From Octopus sinensis (lineage: Eukaryota): a DNA stretch of 64,000 nucleotides. How positions within the stretch are numbered: the stretch's first letter is position 1; each line of letters opens with the position of its first letter. The stretch spans positions 3,534,001 to 3,598,000 of the forward strand of contig NC_043012.1 of NCBI RefSeq assembly GCF_006345805.1, in the 5' to 3' direction. The translations under genes were made by a program, and so were the position numbers. Positions 27,101-38,480 of the stretch are shown piece by piece. The notes beneath the pieces were generated by a model. That model ran no database searches, was not told the origin of the DNA, and saw nothing but the letters and a program-made list of their open reading frames with translations.

Positions 27101-28804
27101 TCAGAGTACAGACAGCTATTGTTTCATTATTCGCAGTAAATTGTTGAGAAGAAATATATTGGTTCATTACTCACTTTTCAAATCAAGAATACGTCCAGTG
27201 TTTTGGGATTCAGTAGTTGATAACTGTTCTCGGACTTTCTCAAGGTCGTCAGGATGCACCATATCGTAAATAGTATTTCCAAACCAGTCAGACTATGAAT
27301 AAATAAATAAATATATAGATAATGATTAAAAAAAAAAAAAAATTATTAAGAAGATTAGAATTAATTTTTTAAAATAATTATCTCTGTTTATTTTTTGAAC
27401 AGTGGATCTCGAAGCACCTAAAGCTGTAAATAAACATTTCTACTATAGCTACAAGGTGTGAAATTTTAGGGGAGGAGTTGAGTAGATTATATTGACCCCA
27501 CTACTCAAGCTTCTTACCACACAGCCATGCTTGTCTGTTTATTGTTTATCTTTAACTTATTTTAGCCTTTGGATGGGGGTCATACTAGGGCAATACCTTG
27601 AAGGGTTCAGTTGAACAAATGAACTCCAGCCTGTCAAAATGCTAAGTTATGGGGACATAAACAAACCAATGCCAATTGTCAAGTAGTGGTAGGAGATGGA
27701 CACAAACACACACACGATAGGCTTCTTTCAGTTTCCACCCAACAAATCCACTCACAAGGTTTTGATTGACCTGGGACTTATAATAGAAGACACTTGCCCA
27801 AGGTGCCATGCAGTCCAACTGAACCCGGAACCATGTGGTTGGAAAGCAGACTTCTTACCACATGACATAAAAATTTACCATGTGATTAGTCATCCTAGTA
27901 GTAAATGTTGTATTGAATTGGCAGTTAAGGCAAAAGTCACCGACACAAAGATGTATCAGTGACTTTTCTCACTACAAAATGTCATTCCTTACTCGTAAGC
28001 AGTTGACATTATGTAATTAATTGTTTGTATCAATGATCTTTACCTTAACAACCGCATAAGAAGTGACATTATGTTATTAACTGCTTGCATCAACAACCTT
28101 TACCTCTCAGCCATTTCAACAGAACGTTTATTACACGGCTGACTAATCACAAATCGCACAGTAATTTCCTCCTTCCGTCCTCACTTTTCTTTACTGCTTT
28201 TCTTTACCCACCACCTCTACGCTATACTCAAAGTTACTACTGTACTATAAACAAGGAAAATTTGATCATACCAAACTCTGTTTTGAGGAGTTAATATTGA
28301 TAAAACTTAGAAAGAAACAATCACTCATGACAATACTGTGTGTGTGTGTGTGCGCATGTGCACATGTCTAAAAACTGGTGCGCTTCATGTTGTGTCTCTT
28401 TATGCCTTGTAATTTAGCGGTTTAACAAAATAAGTAACAGACTGAAATATGTATTAGTTTGATATATATTTCTTTATTGCCCACAAGGGGCTAAACACAG
28501 AGAGGACAAACAAGGACAGACAAAGGGATTAAGCAGATTAGATCGACCCCAGTGCGTAATTGGTACTTTATTTATTGATCCCGAAAGGATGAAAGGCAAA
28601 GTCAACCTCGGCGGAATTTGAACTCAGAACGTAACGGCAGACGAAATACTGCAAAGCATTTTGCCTGGCGCGCTAATGTTTCTGCCAGCTCACAGCCTTA
28701 TATTAGTTTTATATTAGTATTAGTTTGATATAATCAACTAAACTCTTCAAGATGGTTTACCAGTATAGCTGAAGACTAAAGGCAGAAACCAGTAAAAGAG
28801 TACA

Positions 28805-28840
<36 letters not shown>

Positions 28841-31800
28841 AATGTATACCAACAAAGCAATCTACGTACCTGAGATTGATTAAGAACTGGGCATACAGAG
28901 TCGGATACATAAATAATTCTTCCAGTATCACATTGGACCACAAACAGAAAACCATCTGCTGCCTGGAATTGAATAAAGAGGAACACATTGAATGAAAAAA
29001 TATTTATGTCAACAGAGACAATCAATATACTGTAAAGTGATTTGATGGTTAAAAAAAAAACAAGAATTATAATTGGTTCATTCTTTAAACATTTTCTAAC
29101 ACAAATTGAACATTCTTTTTAAGGCTGACCTTCAAAGCTAGATTCAACTACTTTGTCTGAAGTATTACAATTTATACCTCTCTTTCAACACTCATCTGCA
29201 CAAGATCTCACTTCCCACCCACTGCACTAAATATTTTCTCCAATACACTCTGTACAAATATTTTCCATCTAATACCTGTAACATTTCAAACTGAATATGA
29301 AATATGTTACCATCATCAAAATTAACTATCAGTTTAAGGAAGTATAAAATGGCTATGAGCATTGTGCTTCCTCGTTAGATAAACGAATAAAGACATTGAA
29401 TAGCTCGGAGATCAGAGAGACTCGCCTGGTCAAGCTGCTACTTCTTCGCATTGAGTGGCCACAGCTCAAGGACTATGGACATGTGGTTAGAATGTTGCTG
29501 GAAAAAATTGCAAGACAGACTCTTCAAGCCAAGCCAACAGGCAGGAGACCAAGAATGGGATGGGTGGGTAATATCCAGTCTCAGTTGGTCATGGTAAAGG
29601 ATCCAGCCAGAAAGTCTAATGATGGTTGCTTCTGATAGGACCCTATGGTGGAGGTGCCTGTGGGCTTTACCAACATGGTTCTCCCAGGAATAGTGGGCAG
29701 AGAAGATAAATGGATAGGCAGATGACATAAAGACAGAGTACAGTTTAACATGATCATCATCCAGAATACATTTAAGAAGTCAACACTTCTTAATCACTTA
29801 ACTAATGTGAGCAAGTCTGTATGTAGACATATACTGTCTACAGAATGTGCATTTTTATTTGTTATGTAATAAGTATTTGACACAGACATCTGAAGAATAC
29901 TGACCTCAAGTATCAAATGTTTCAGCTCCTGGTCTGTGAGAAAGGAAGGTTTATAGGATCCATCATTACTTGTATTTCCAGTTCCTGGAAGAATATAAAA
30001 ATGAAATTTACCAACCTGAAATTTGATACAATGTTCAAAGAAAAATAACAAAAGAAAAACACCATTTTACAAAATAATATAAGTAAAATTTGATGAGTTG
30101 TAGTGCATCTGAGCACTATACACAATAATTTCATTATTATTATTATTTTTTTTTCTTTTTAATAAAAATAAAAGCACCACCTGAACGTGGTTGATGTCAG
30201 TACCCACTGACTGGCACCCATGCCGGTGGCACATAAGAAGCACCATCTGAAAGTGGCCGATGCCAGTACCTCCTGTGCTGGTGACACGTAAAAAGCACTA
30301 TCTGAATGTGATTGATGCCAGGCCCACCTGACTGGCTCCTGTGCTGGTGGCGTATAAAAAGCACCCACTACACTCTCGGAGTGGTTGGCAGCTGTAGAAA
30401 CATTGTCAGATCAGATTGGAGTCTGGTGCAGCCACTGGCTCTCCAGACCTCAGTCAAACCATCCAACCCATGCCAGCATAGAAAACGGACGTTAAACAAT
30501 GATGATGATTGATTAAGCACTATTTTATAGTTTGGTATAAATAGAATTGTTTACAGGTTTACAGCTTATTTCAAAGTACTGCTTTAATTGTTCACGTTTG
30601 GATGTCAGGATACTTTGAAATGATAGCAGGGGGTATCTTTTATCTTTCCTTTTACTTCGTTTCTGTAATTATACCTTAGACATACTGGGCCCTGTAAATC
30701 TATATAGTTTTGGAAGTTGCATTTAAAATGTTTACATGCTGCATTAACTGTGAATGTCTAGACTGTTCCTAGACTAATTAAGGTTTCAATGTTAACAACA
30801 AATCTTATAATCTTCCAGCTTGAGGTTATGTTAGGAAAAAAAAAAAAAAGAAAGCAATCAAGATTCTTACCTCTTAATGTTTTCATGTGGGACACAGCCA
30901 TACGTAATATTGTTAGTTTGTCTGGTTTGCGAGCAAGGGTGCTGCAGGTTGGTACCATATCACACAGCTCATTTATATAAGCAGTCATCTTGTTCCGACG
31001 CCGCCTTTCAATTTCACAGTGACTTTCCCTGAGGGATGACAAACAAAAGCAAATACTTACACATTTCTTATACACAGCCATACAAAAGAGAGAGTTCATT
31101 TTAATCTCTCTCTTTATACTTCAACATTAATTAAAACTGCTATTGTGACTAAACACAGGTGAGATGAAGCAAACAACAAGACAGAACAAAGGTAGACCTT
31201 CAGAAGTGTTAATAATTTAGCTATGTAGCATAAAATTACCAGAAATTCTTCATAGCAAAAGTTATTTACATAAGTTATAGACATGGCTGCATGGTTTCAG
31301 GTTCAGTTTTAAAGAGATGTCTTGGTTAAGTGACTTCAAGTATTGCCATGAGTTGACCAAATTCTTGTGAGACAATTTTGTTAGAAACTGTATGAAAGCT
31401 TACCATCTCTCTCTCTCTCACACACACACACACAAAGCCTACTAAATAGTCCATAGGAGAAAATAGGAATACTGGAAATGGTGAATGAGTGCATTGTAAA
31501 AACAATCTGAGAGTGATGGTCACTTAGTTCTAATCACCTACATTGCTCCCTCAAAATCCAAACCATGTCTACTCCAGAACCTAGCAGCTACTGGTGGTCT
31601 TAATCTCTAACTCTGTAGGTCTCAGACAGTAACCTGGACTTAAACCAATTGTGCATTATCTCGTATAGTTTGGAAATTTACTTGATATATTTAGCTGATA
31701 TATTTTAGACAAAGAATCCAAACGCCAGAACGATATCATAATGCTGTTGTGGCTAAGCAAATATATACATACTTTAAAAATGTGAAATTCTAAAAAAAAA

Positions 31801-34800
31801 AAAGTCTTATTTTAGTAAACTATTTCAGAGTTCTTCCCCTTGGATTAAGAAGCGAAAAACAAACCCGTCTTTAAATGAAACGCTTTTACTCCCAAGTTGC
31901 CAGGATGGGATGACGTTTCACTGGCTGGATTACATATAGCAGAGCTTCGACACTTATTACAAGAGTTGTAATAGTAAGGACTGAACTAATGATCATGAAA
32001 TTTGTAGACCAGATCCTTTACCTCAGAATACTGTTCCTCTGGGTTTTTTAAAAAATTTTGCATACATACACAAGACCTATATTTTTAGGGAAAGGAATAT
32101 GAAAAGTGTGGCATTCATGTCTTTCCCCAGAGCATTAGAGGCATAAGAAAATGGTTTTAACAAGGAATAGAAACCATGTTGGGGAAGCAGGGATGGGGAT
32201 TCGCTTACTGAAACTACATTACATTTTATGATACTTGCTTTAAACTAGTAAAAACCATAAATTTCCTATTACATGTGGCAAATATTAACATATGCCACAA
32301 AGGAATAAAAAGTACTTGTGCTGGTACCAAATGTGTGAGCCTAGGTAAACTGAGGCAGGGAGAATTTGACTCCAGCCCAAAACACAATAATCAAATAAAT
32401 TGGTTGCTTCGTCTGTTAAATACAGCAGCCAACACACCTTCATATCAGACTCTATGATCTAAGAAATAAACTTAAAAAAAGAATAAATAAAATAAAATAA
32501 AGGGTACAGAGAATTATGTACTTTTAAATACACTATGCTGAGAACACAAGATGATTATGGTGGGAAAACCTTTAATTTTGGGTCTGATATATGCTCAAGA
32601 AAAACAACAATAACAAGAACATTAGTAATAACAATACAGACTTACTTGATTGAACTCACAACTCATTAATCACTTGGGTATTGCAACTCATTTTGTGTTT
32701 ATGTAACAACTATTTATAAATCAAACACACCAAGAGATGTAGGAATAAAGTGTATTTGTTTGGAAACTGAGGTGGTAGAAGGAAACACATCCAGACATAA
32801 AACACTGTCTCATAAAGGGGACCATAATAAGTACAATTAGACTGTTGTGGAATCCGTAAGGTTCATCCATGATTTAGCAGGGAAAATGGCCTAAAACGTT
32901 TTGATGTGCAACAGGACAAAATATGTAATTTTGCTGATTAAGAAATATATAAGAGAATCTATCTACTCTCTATTCCAGTCAACAGAATACTCTTTTCATC
33001 TTTTCCCCAAATATTCTATGTATTATTCAGTAAGAGGCAACAGATCTTATCTAGGCATATAACTGACTGCAAGAACATGTCATTGCCAAGGCCCAGCAAA
33101 GGCAAAATGCATCAGGCATTCTCCATGAATGCCGCTGGGAGGATTTTTTCCCCTTTCTCTCTCCAATATATATTGTTTTTAAACAGCACATGCATTACAG
33201 ATATTACATATTGGAAGAAAACTATAGTAACTTGATACTAACTTGTCTATCAAAGGTGTATATACATTAAGTATGATACACAGATAGCTATTCTGTTATT
33301 TAAAAAAATTCTTTTACTGCTTTCAGTCGATGGAGTGTGGCTATACTGGAGCACTACCTTCATGCTTAGTATTGATTATATTAAGCTCAGTACTTTGACA
33401 AATGTTTTATTTAATTTGGAAGGATGAAAGAACCAGGGTAAGATTTGAAATTAGAATATAATGGAATGCAATGAAATCACTGAGAGGTTTTAATTAAAAT
33501 CATTAAAGCAGTTCCCTAATAATCAGCAAATCAAGCATATTTTTAATTTGAGGTATTATCGGTTTTTTAATCAGTACAAATATTTAAAGTTTAAATGAAT
33601 GGGAGAAATGGAATTATATGATGTTCATATGTTTCTTCAAGGCATTAATAAATGAAATGAAATAAGACAGCAGCTGGAAATCCAAAATTAAATTCCCATT
33701 TCACATAGTAAATGTCCATATGAATTATGAGAGAGAGAGAGAGTATGCCTGTAGTACCTTTCTCTGGGTACTTAATGTGTGGGTCCAGTTAAACTGAGAC
33801 AAGATGAATTTGGTACTTCAACCAAAAACAATGAAATACATTGGTTGCTTGATCTGTTAGATACAGCAGCGAAAAACACCCTCAAATTCCACCTAACAAT
33901 CTTTGTCTTTTATCTTTTACTTGTTTCAGTCATTAGAGTGCGACCATGCTGGGGCACTGCCTTGATGAATTTTTAGTCGAATGTATCAACCAAAGTACTT
34001 GTTTTTTTTAAAGCATGGTACTTATATTATCAGTCTCTTTTGTTGAACTTCTAAGTTATGTGGATGTAAACATACCAACACTGATTGTCAAGTGGTGGTG
34101 GTAGGGACAAACAGACACAAAGACACACACACACACACACACACATGTCTACCAAATCCAGATTTACTCACAAAGATTTGGTCACCCTGAGGCTATAGTA
34201 GAAGACACTTGCCCAAAGTGCCATGCAGTGGGACTGAACCTGGAACCATGTGGTTGGGAAGCAAGCTTCTTACCACACAGCTACATCTGTACCTATATAC
34301 ATATAAAAAAAAAATCAAGGGTCTAGAGACTCAGCTCTAATATTATTAAAATATAAAACAGTTACTAAAATTATCAAATGAAATTATTTTTAAGACACAT
34401 TTAACTTTCGGACATCTAGTTTGCGCTCAAGTATCTTCTCACTCTTTCTCTTTCTCTCCCTCGGCTTCAGACACACATAATTCATTAGATTAGAATTAAA
34501 CTAATTATTCAATGAAACATGGCTTATATGAAAATAGTGTAGTTCTGTGATTCTAGGGTCATACGAAACTATTTAAAAACAAAATGCAAAGATTTTAGGT
34601 TTCAGTATGTTTTAAACATGTAAATTAAACTAAGAAATTACATGCTACACCTTACTCTTTTACTTGTTTCAGTCATTCGACTGAGGCCATGCTGGAACAC
34701 CGCCTTTAGTCGAGCAAATCGACCCCAGGACTTATTCTTTGTAAGCCTAGTACTTATTCTATCGGCCTCTTTTACCGAACCGTTAAGTTACGGGGACGTA

Positions 34801-37273
34801 AACACGCCAGCATCGGTTGTCAAGCGATGTTGGGGGGACAAACACAGACACACAAACACACACATATATATACACGACGGGCTTCTTTCAGTTTCCGTCT
34901 ACCAAATCCACTCACAAGGCTTTGGTCGGCCCGAGGCTATAGTAGAAGACACTTGCCCAAGGTGCCACGCAGTGGGATGAACCCGGAACCATATGATTCG
35001 TAAGCATGCTACTTACCACACAGCCACTCCTACACCTTATTGATTTTTATTTTATAATTCTTGTTAAATTTTCTTTTCCATGTTAACCTGGGCCAGAATG
35101 GTTTTGTAATACTCATGCGAGTATAATTGGGACAAGATATTTTCTTTAACATTGACTATAATTAGTGAGATTGGATGTAACTGATGAGATCTACAACCAT
35201 GACCACCATCAAAAAGAAGCAATGGATATTTCCTCTATTCTCTTTCTGATGAAGAGCCATGCTTGAAATATCAAAATTCCTCTTTTTCCCATTTTAAACT
35301 GAGCCTCAACCTAATACATTCACTGTGTATATTCTTGTTGTTTTGTTGTTTTTATTTTTATTTTTGCATTTATTTTTAATTTGCCTACACACACACACAC
35401 ACACACACACAGAAAAGCCACAGTACTGTCCATCCCTTCACAATCATTCATTACAATGATGACTAACCACAAAAGTGGTGATTTTTGTACACAAAAAAGA
35501 AAAAAAAAACAATGATGAAGGATTTTTAAAAATGCACAAATAAATGAAATTCAACAACAAAATAAATTTTTAAGAAGAGCAATGGGATATATGTCTTTTT
35601 TTTTAGGTTTTTTTTTTTGCTATTTGACATTTTAGTTTAAAGATTTACTGTATCATATTTTGGTCTTAATCATTTTCAGGCTATCATAATATCACTGGTG
35701 TTACTAACAAAACACATATTGAGATTAATAAAAAGAAAAAGAAATATAAAGTTCAGGTGTTCTATCTCTACTTTGCAGTAATGTTTGTAAACCTATAGGT
35801 TCATGGGGAGACTGTTTTAAACTTTGTATCTGCATATATTGTTTTCTCCACGATCACACGAATAAGAATTACATTTTTGCCCACTAATGAAATAATTATA
35901 AGTTACAGAGTGTTCCTGCTGTGTATAGATGTATCTATTCATGTCTGACTGAACAAGGCCATTAGAAGTGTTTCTCTGCAAAAGAAGCTATGCATTAATA
36001 AGACAAGAATAATTGCCCTCTGGCTTGTAGGCTGAACTCCTAATGATTTAACCAGCTGTGACTGTGTCTATGCGCTTTCTGTATTTTTCTGCTTGACTAT
36101 TCATAATCAGTGGCTTGCATCAATTAATGATTTATCCAATTAACTTCATGGCACGAAGAGATGTGAGTTGTTATGCTTACACCTATCCCAAGGAAGTTAG
36201 TAAACATCTGAAGTGAAACAGCCACAGTAAAAAATTGAAACTAGTCACTGGAAACTCATCTTCTACTTCATAGTGCTTACCTCTGTGTGTATGTGTGTGT
36301 GTGTATGTATGTGCGTGTGTGTGTGTTGTGTGTGGTGTGTATGCGTGCACGTGTGAACTTTCATATCTGTTTTACCAATGGTTGGTAGTGTCTTGCTACT
36401 AGATGTAATCTTTCATTATCTGGTGTACTCTCTTTCTCATTCTCTCTTGCCAGGTGGGCAAGCCATGTCTTCACATCTTCAGCAAGACACCTACTCCTCT
36501 CCTTCTATCATATCTATTGTAGTTTATTTCTCCAGTGTAAACGCCACCCAGCCGAGGGGGTCTCATCTTGTGCGTACTTGGTGACTTCAACAGTGCTGAT
36601 GCCACATAAGAATGCATGCCATACACTCTGTTAAGTGGTTGACCCGTTAGGAAGGTAGAAACTCTGCCAGAGCAGACACAGAACCTAGCACAGCACTCTG
36701 GCTTCTAGGTTCTTATCAAACCATTCAACCCATGCCAGCATGGGAAAAGAGACGATAAATGATGATGATGATGATGATGATGATGCTGATGTAACTTGAA
36801 GGAGATGGCTGTAGCTGATTGAATCAATTCAGTTTAAGACTGGTACTTATATCTAGGGAGAGGGCTGAAAGGTGAGGTTGACTTTGGCATGATTTACAAC
36901 TAGAACATAAGTAAAAGCTAACAGAAGACCTGCAATCTACCATTTCTGACACACACACACATGCACACACACACGTACCATCCCTTTACAAAAAAATGTT
37001 AATAACGATAATGTGTAACATGGAGATTATGTAGTTTGAAACGGAGTGAGACTAGGGCTAAATAGTGTCCTGGAGAACCACCTGAAGCTTTTTAAAACAA
37101 GAAGCATAGGTCTCTTTAACAGCATAAATAGTTGTTAAAAGCCAGTGAAATTTATTTTCATTTCATCTTCAGACAAACTAATAGATCTGGAGATTTACCT
37201 GGCAAACCTTTCTTTGTCAATTGCATCTTGGGAAGTGGAGAAAGAACCGTGCTGGCTGTCATCATCGTCAGAA
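8719..37273 (-). CDS. ARNT: ARNT / HIF-1beta (tango-like) bHLH-PAS transcription factor, spliced CDS, 5'-incomplete (14 exons traced)
   Basis: The hand-spliced exons give [60 protein letters not shown] (ARNT bHLH), then PAS-A (AADGFLFVV...SDWFG...VHPDD), PAS-B ([18 protein letters not shown]...YHPED), PAC ([22 protein letters not shown]) and a C-terminus [14 protein letters not shown]. All junctions are AG/GT with matching phases. Confidence 0.97.
9976..10014 (-). CDS. ARNT: Candidate ARNT 39-nt symmetric microexon [13 protein letters not shown]
   Basis: Strong ttttggtttccag acceptor and gtaagt donor, phase 1-1, no stops. Not needed for frame, so inclusion is inferred. Confidence 0.65.
10140..10544 (+). 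mobile_element. SINE family A, full length
   Basis: Same head, body and tail as 963-1365. Confidence 0.88.
11209..11272 (-). CDS. ARNT: ARNT exon (64 nt) [21 protein letters not shown]
   Basis: cattctag acceptor, CCAG|gtaagc donor, phase 0-1 fits both neighbours. Confidence 0.82.
12035..12765 (-). mobile_element. RTE family D element interrupted by duplicated ARNT sequence
   Basis: (CAT)n tail at 12035; [20 protein letters not shown]-coding segment at about 12660-12760. Other minus-strand copies lie near 9665-9900, 14560-15030, 18100-18640 and 44540-44830. Confidence 0.75.
12991..13402 (-). CDS. ARNT: ARNT S/T/Q-rich C-terminal exon (412 nt)
   Basis: Open frame joins the previous exon in phase (AA|A); ttctag acceptor; CAG|gtttgt donor gives phase 0, matching the next exon. 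Confidence 0.85.
16527..16677 (-). CDS. ARNT: ARNT PAC exon (151 nt) [50 protein letters not shown]
   Basis: Hand translation (absent from the ORF track); canonical ARNT PAC motif; cag acceptor, gtaagt donor. Confidence 0.97.
16765..17320 (+). mobile_element. RTE (BovB-like) LINE ORF2 C-terminal fragment
   Basis: Translates to [62 protein letters not shown]. Confidence 0.85.
17830..17936 (-). CDS. ARNT: ARNT PAS-B exon (107 nt) [35 protein letters not shown]
   Basis: [10 protein letters not shown]...HPED PAS-B motif; AG/GT boundaries. Confidence 0.97.
18670..19092 (+). mobile_element. RTE LINE 3' end with (GAT)n tail, family D
   Basis: Begins with a decayed GRGRPRKTWD.VVRKDL-coding segment and ends gttaaacaatgatgatgat. 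Plus-strand copies also lie near 15230-15520, 23940-24190, 26180-26595, 30160-30510, 55760-56063 and 57985-58390. Confidence 0.75.
19240..19650 (-). mobile_element. SINE family A, rearranged
   Basis: Reverse complement of the family A body and head. A plus-strand tail fragment lies at about 19250-19300. Confidence 0.7.
20280..20880 (+). mobile_element. Helitron/Helentron-like non-autonomous element carrying an internal satellite
   Basis: Starts ctaacagcatagcccggcgttgcccggg, a terminus style typical of invertebrate non-autonomous Helitrons. Contains an A/T-tract array (gaaaatttttgg) and four 32-bp repeats at 20642-20760. The other terminus was not recognised. Confidence 0.5.
21288..21468 (-). 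CDS. ARNT: ARNT exon (181 nt) ...[13 protein letters not shown]...[18 protein letters not shown]
   Basis: End of PAS-A and start of PAS-B; tag acceptor, gtaag donor. Confidence 0.96.
23629..23829 (-). CDS. ARNT: ARNT exon (201 nt) [20 protein letters not shown]...[16 protein letters not shown]
   Basis: Conserved CMGSRR.FICRM and VH.TGYIK.WPP motifs; AG/GT boundaries. Confidence 0.96.
25201..25230 (-). CDS. ARNT: ARNT 30-nt microexon [10 protein letters not shown]
   Basis: Continues DLK|TGTVKKEG as in ARNT orthologues; cag acceptor, gtaag donor; phase 1-1. Confidence 0.93.
27175..27292 (-). CDS. ARNT: ARNT PAS-A exon (118 nt) [39 protein letters not shown]
   Basis: Hand translation (absent from the ORF track) gives the ARNT HPDD...REQLS...GRILDLK motif; tag acceptor, gtgagt donor. 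Confidence 0.96.
28870..28962 (-). CDS. ARNT: ARNT PAS-A exon (93 nt) [31 protein letters not shown]
   Basis: PAS-A start motif; phase 0-0; AG/GT boundaries. Confidence 0.97.
29340..29720 (+). mobile_element. Degenerate RTE LINE 3' fragment
   Basis: [24 protein letters not shown] resembles the RTE C-terminal GHV.RM...P.G.R.RGRP region. Confidence 0.65.
29905..29984 (-). CDS. ARNT: ARNT exon (80 nt) [27 protein letters not shown]
   Basis: Matches the conserved ARNT linker [17 protein letters not shown]; ccag acceptor, gtcagt donor. Confidence 0.97.
30871..31028 (-). CDS. ARNT: ARNT bHLH exon (158 nt)
   Basis: [14 protein letters not shown]...[11 protein letters not shown]; cag acceptor, gtaag donor. 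Confidence 0.98.
34651..35036 (-). mobile_element. SINE family A, full length
   Basis: Reverse complement of the 10140-10544 element. Confidence 0.88.
35243..35275 (+). ncRNA. Minimal type I hammerhead motif (Penelope-like)
   Basis: TTT-CTGATGA-A-GAGC(CAT)GCTT-GAAA-TAT-C-AAA: intact core, 4-bp stem II, palindromic ATAT stem III, 3-bp stem I. Confidence 0.55.
37199..37273 (-). CDS. ARNT: ARNT exon, 75 nt, phase 2-2 ([25 protein letters not shown])
   Basis: Polypyrimidine tract plus tag acceptor and gtaaat donor. DKERFAR immediately precedes the basic region in ARNT proteins. Confidence 0.92.
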
Positions 37274-37659
37274 CTAGCAAGCAAAAAAAAAAAAATAACA
37301 ATAATAAATAAAAATAACAATGATGATAAAAAAAAGAGAAAACAAGTAGAAGACAAAAATAAGCAAAGGTTAATTTTACTGGCTGAAAATAACAAACAAT
37401 TAAAGCATTTACAGTAATAAGGCACAAGTCATTACATCATGACCAACAGATGTAGTAAAGTATAATAAAGTACACAATGTTGTATGACTAATGAATGCAG
37501 TAAAATATTTATCATATGACCGACGGATGATGTAAGGCTCTTCATGGCTGTAGGAAACATGTTAGAAACAGTAAAAGTAATCATCACATAACTAACAGAT
37601 GTACAAAAGTAGGAACCACACAACTAATAAACATTGTAAAAAAATTTGGTTTATAATTT

Positions 37660-38480
37660 TGGCGCAAGGCCAGCAATTTCGGGGGGGGGGTAAGTCGATT
37701 AGATTCCCTCTCCCAGTACACAACTGGTATTTATATTTTGAACACCGGAAGGCAAAGTCAGCCTTGGTGGCATTTTGAACCCAAAGTGTGAAACTGGAAG
37801 AAATGAAGTTAAGCATTTTCCTAGCATGGTAATGGCTTTAACATTGTAAAATATTCTTTTCTAATCTAGGCACAAGACCCGAAATTTTGGGGGAGGGGGC
37901 CAGTCAATTAGATTGACGCCAGTACGCAACTGGTACTTAATTTATCAACCCTGAAAGGATGAAAGGCAAAGTTGACCTCGAGGGAATTTGAACTCAGAAC
38001 ATAAAGACAGACGAAATACTTATTTCTTTACTACCCACAAGAGGCTAAACACAGAAGGGGACAAACAAGGACAGACAAAGGGATTAAGTCAATTACATCG
38101 ACCCCAGTACGTAACTGGTACTTAATTTATCGACCCCCAAAAAGATGAAAGGCAAAGTTGACCTTGGCGGAATTTGAACTCAGAACGTAACGGCAGACGA
38201 AATACAGCTACACATTTTGCCCGGCGTGCTAACATACTGCCAGCTCGTGCTTTATAATGAATTAATATTCTTTTCTATTCTAGGCACAAGGCCTGAAATT
38301 TTGTGGGAGGGACCAGTCGATTGGATCGACTCCAGCACACAACATGTACTTAATTTATCAACCCCGAAAGGATGAATGGCAAAGTTGACCTCAGCGGAAT
38401 TTGAACGTAAAGACAGACAAAATACCACGAAGCATTTTTTCTGGCGTGCTAACATTTCTGCCAGCTCACCGCCTTAACTC
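37660..38480 (-). mobile_element. Cluster of four tandem SINE family B copies
   Basis: Repeated aggcc.gaaattttgggggagggg...gaaaggatgaaaggcaaagttgacctcggcggaatttgaactcagaac. Other copies lie near 395-770, 21700-21960, 25310-25515, 28480-28700, 39735-39950, 52945-53145, 59825-60030 and 63160-63360. Confidence 0.85.

Noticed and set aside
32640-32760. Alternative first exon with a CAA|GTAAGT donor
   Set aside because: The only ATG frames are phase 0 or closed by stops, which is incompatible with the phase-2 bHLH exon.
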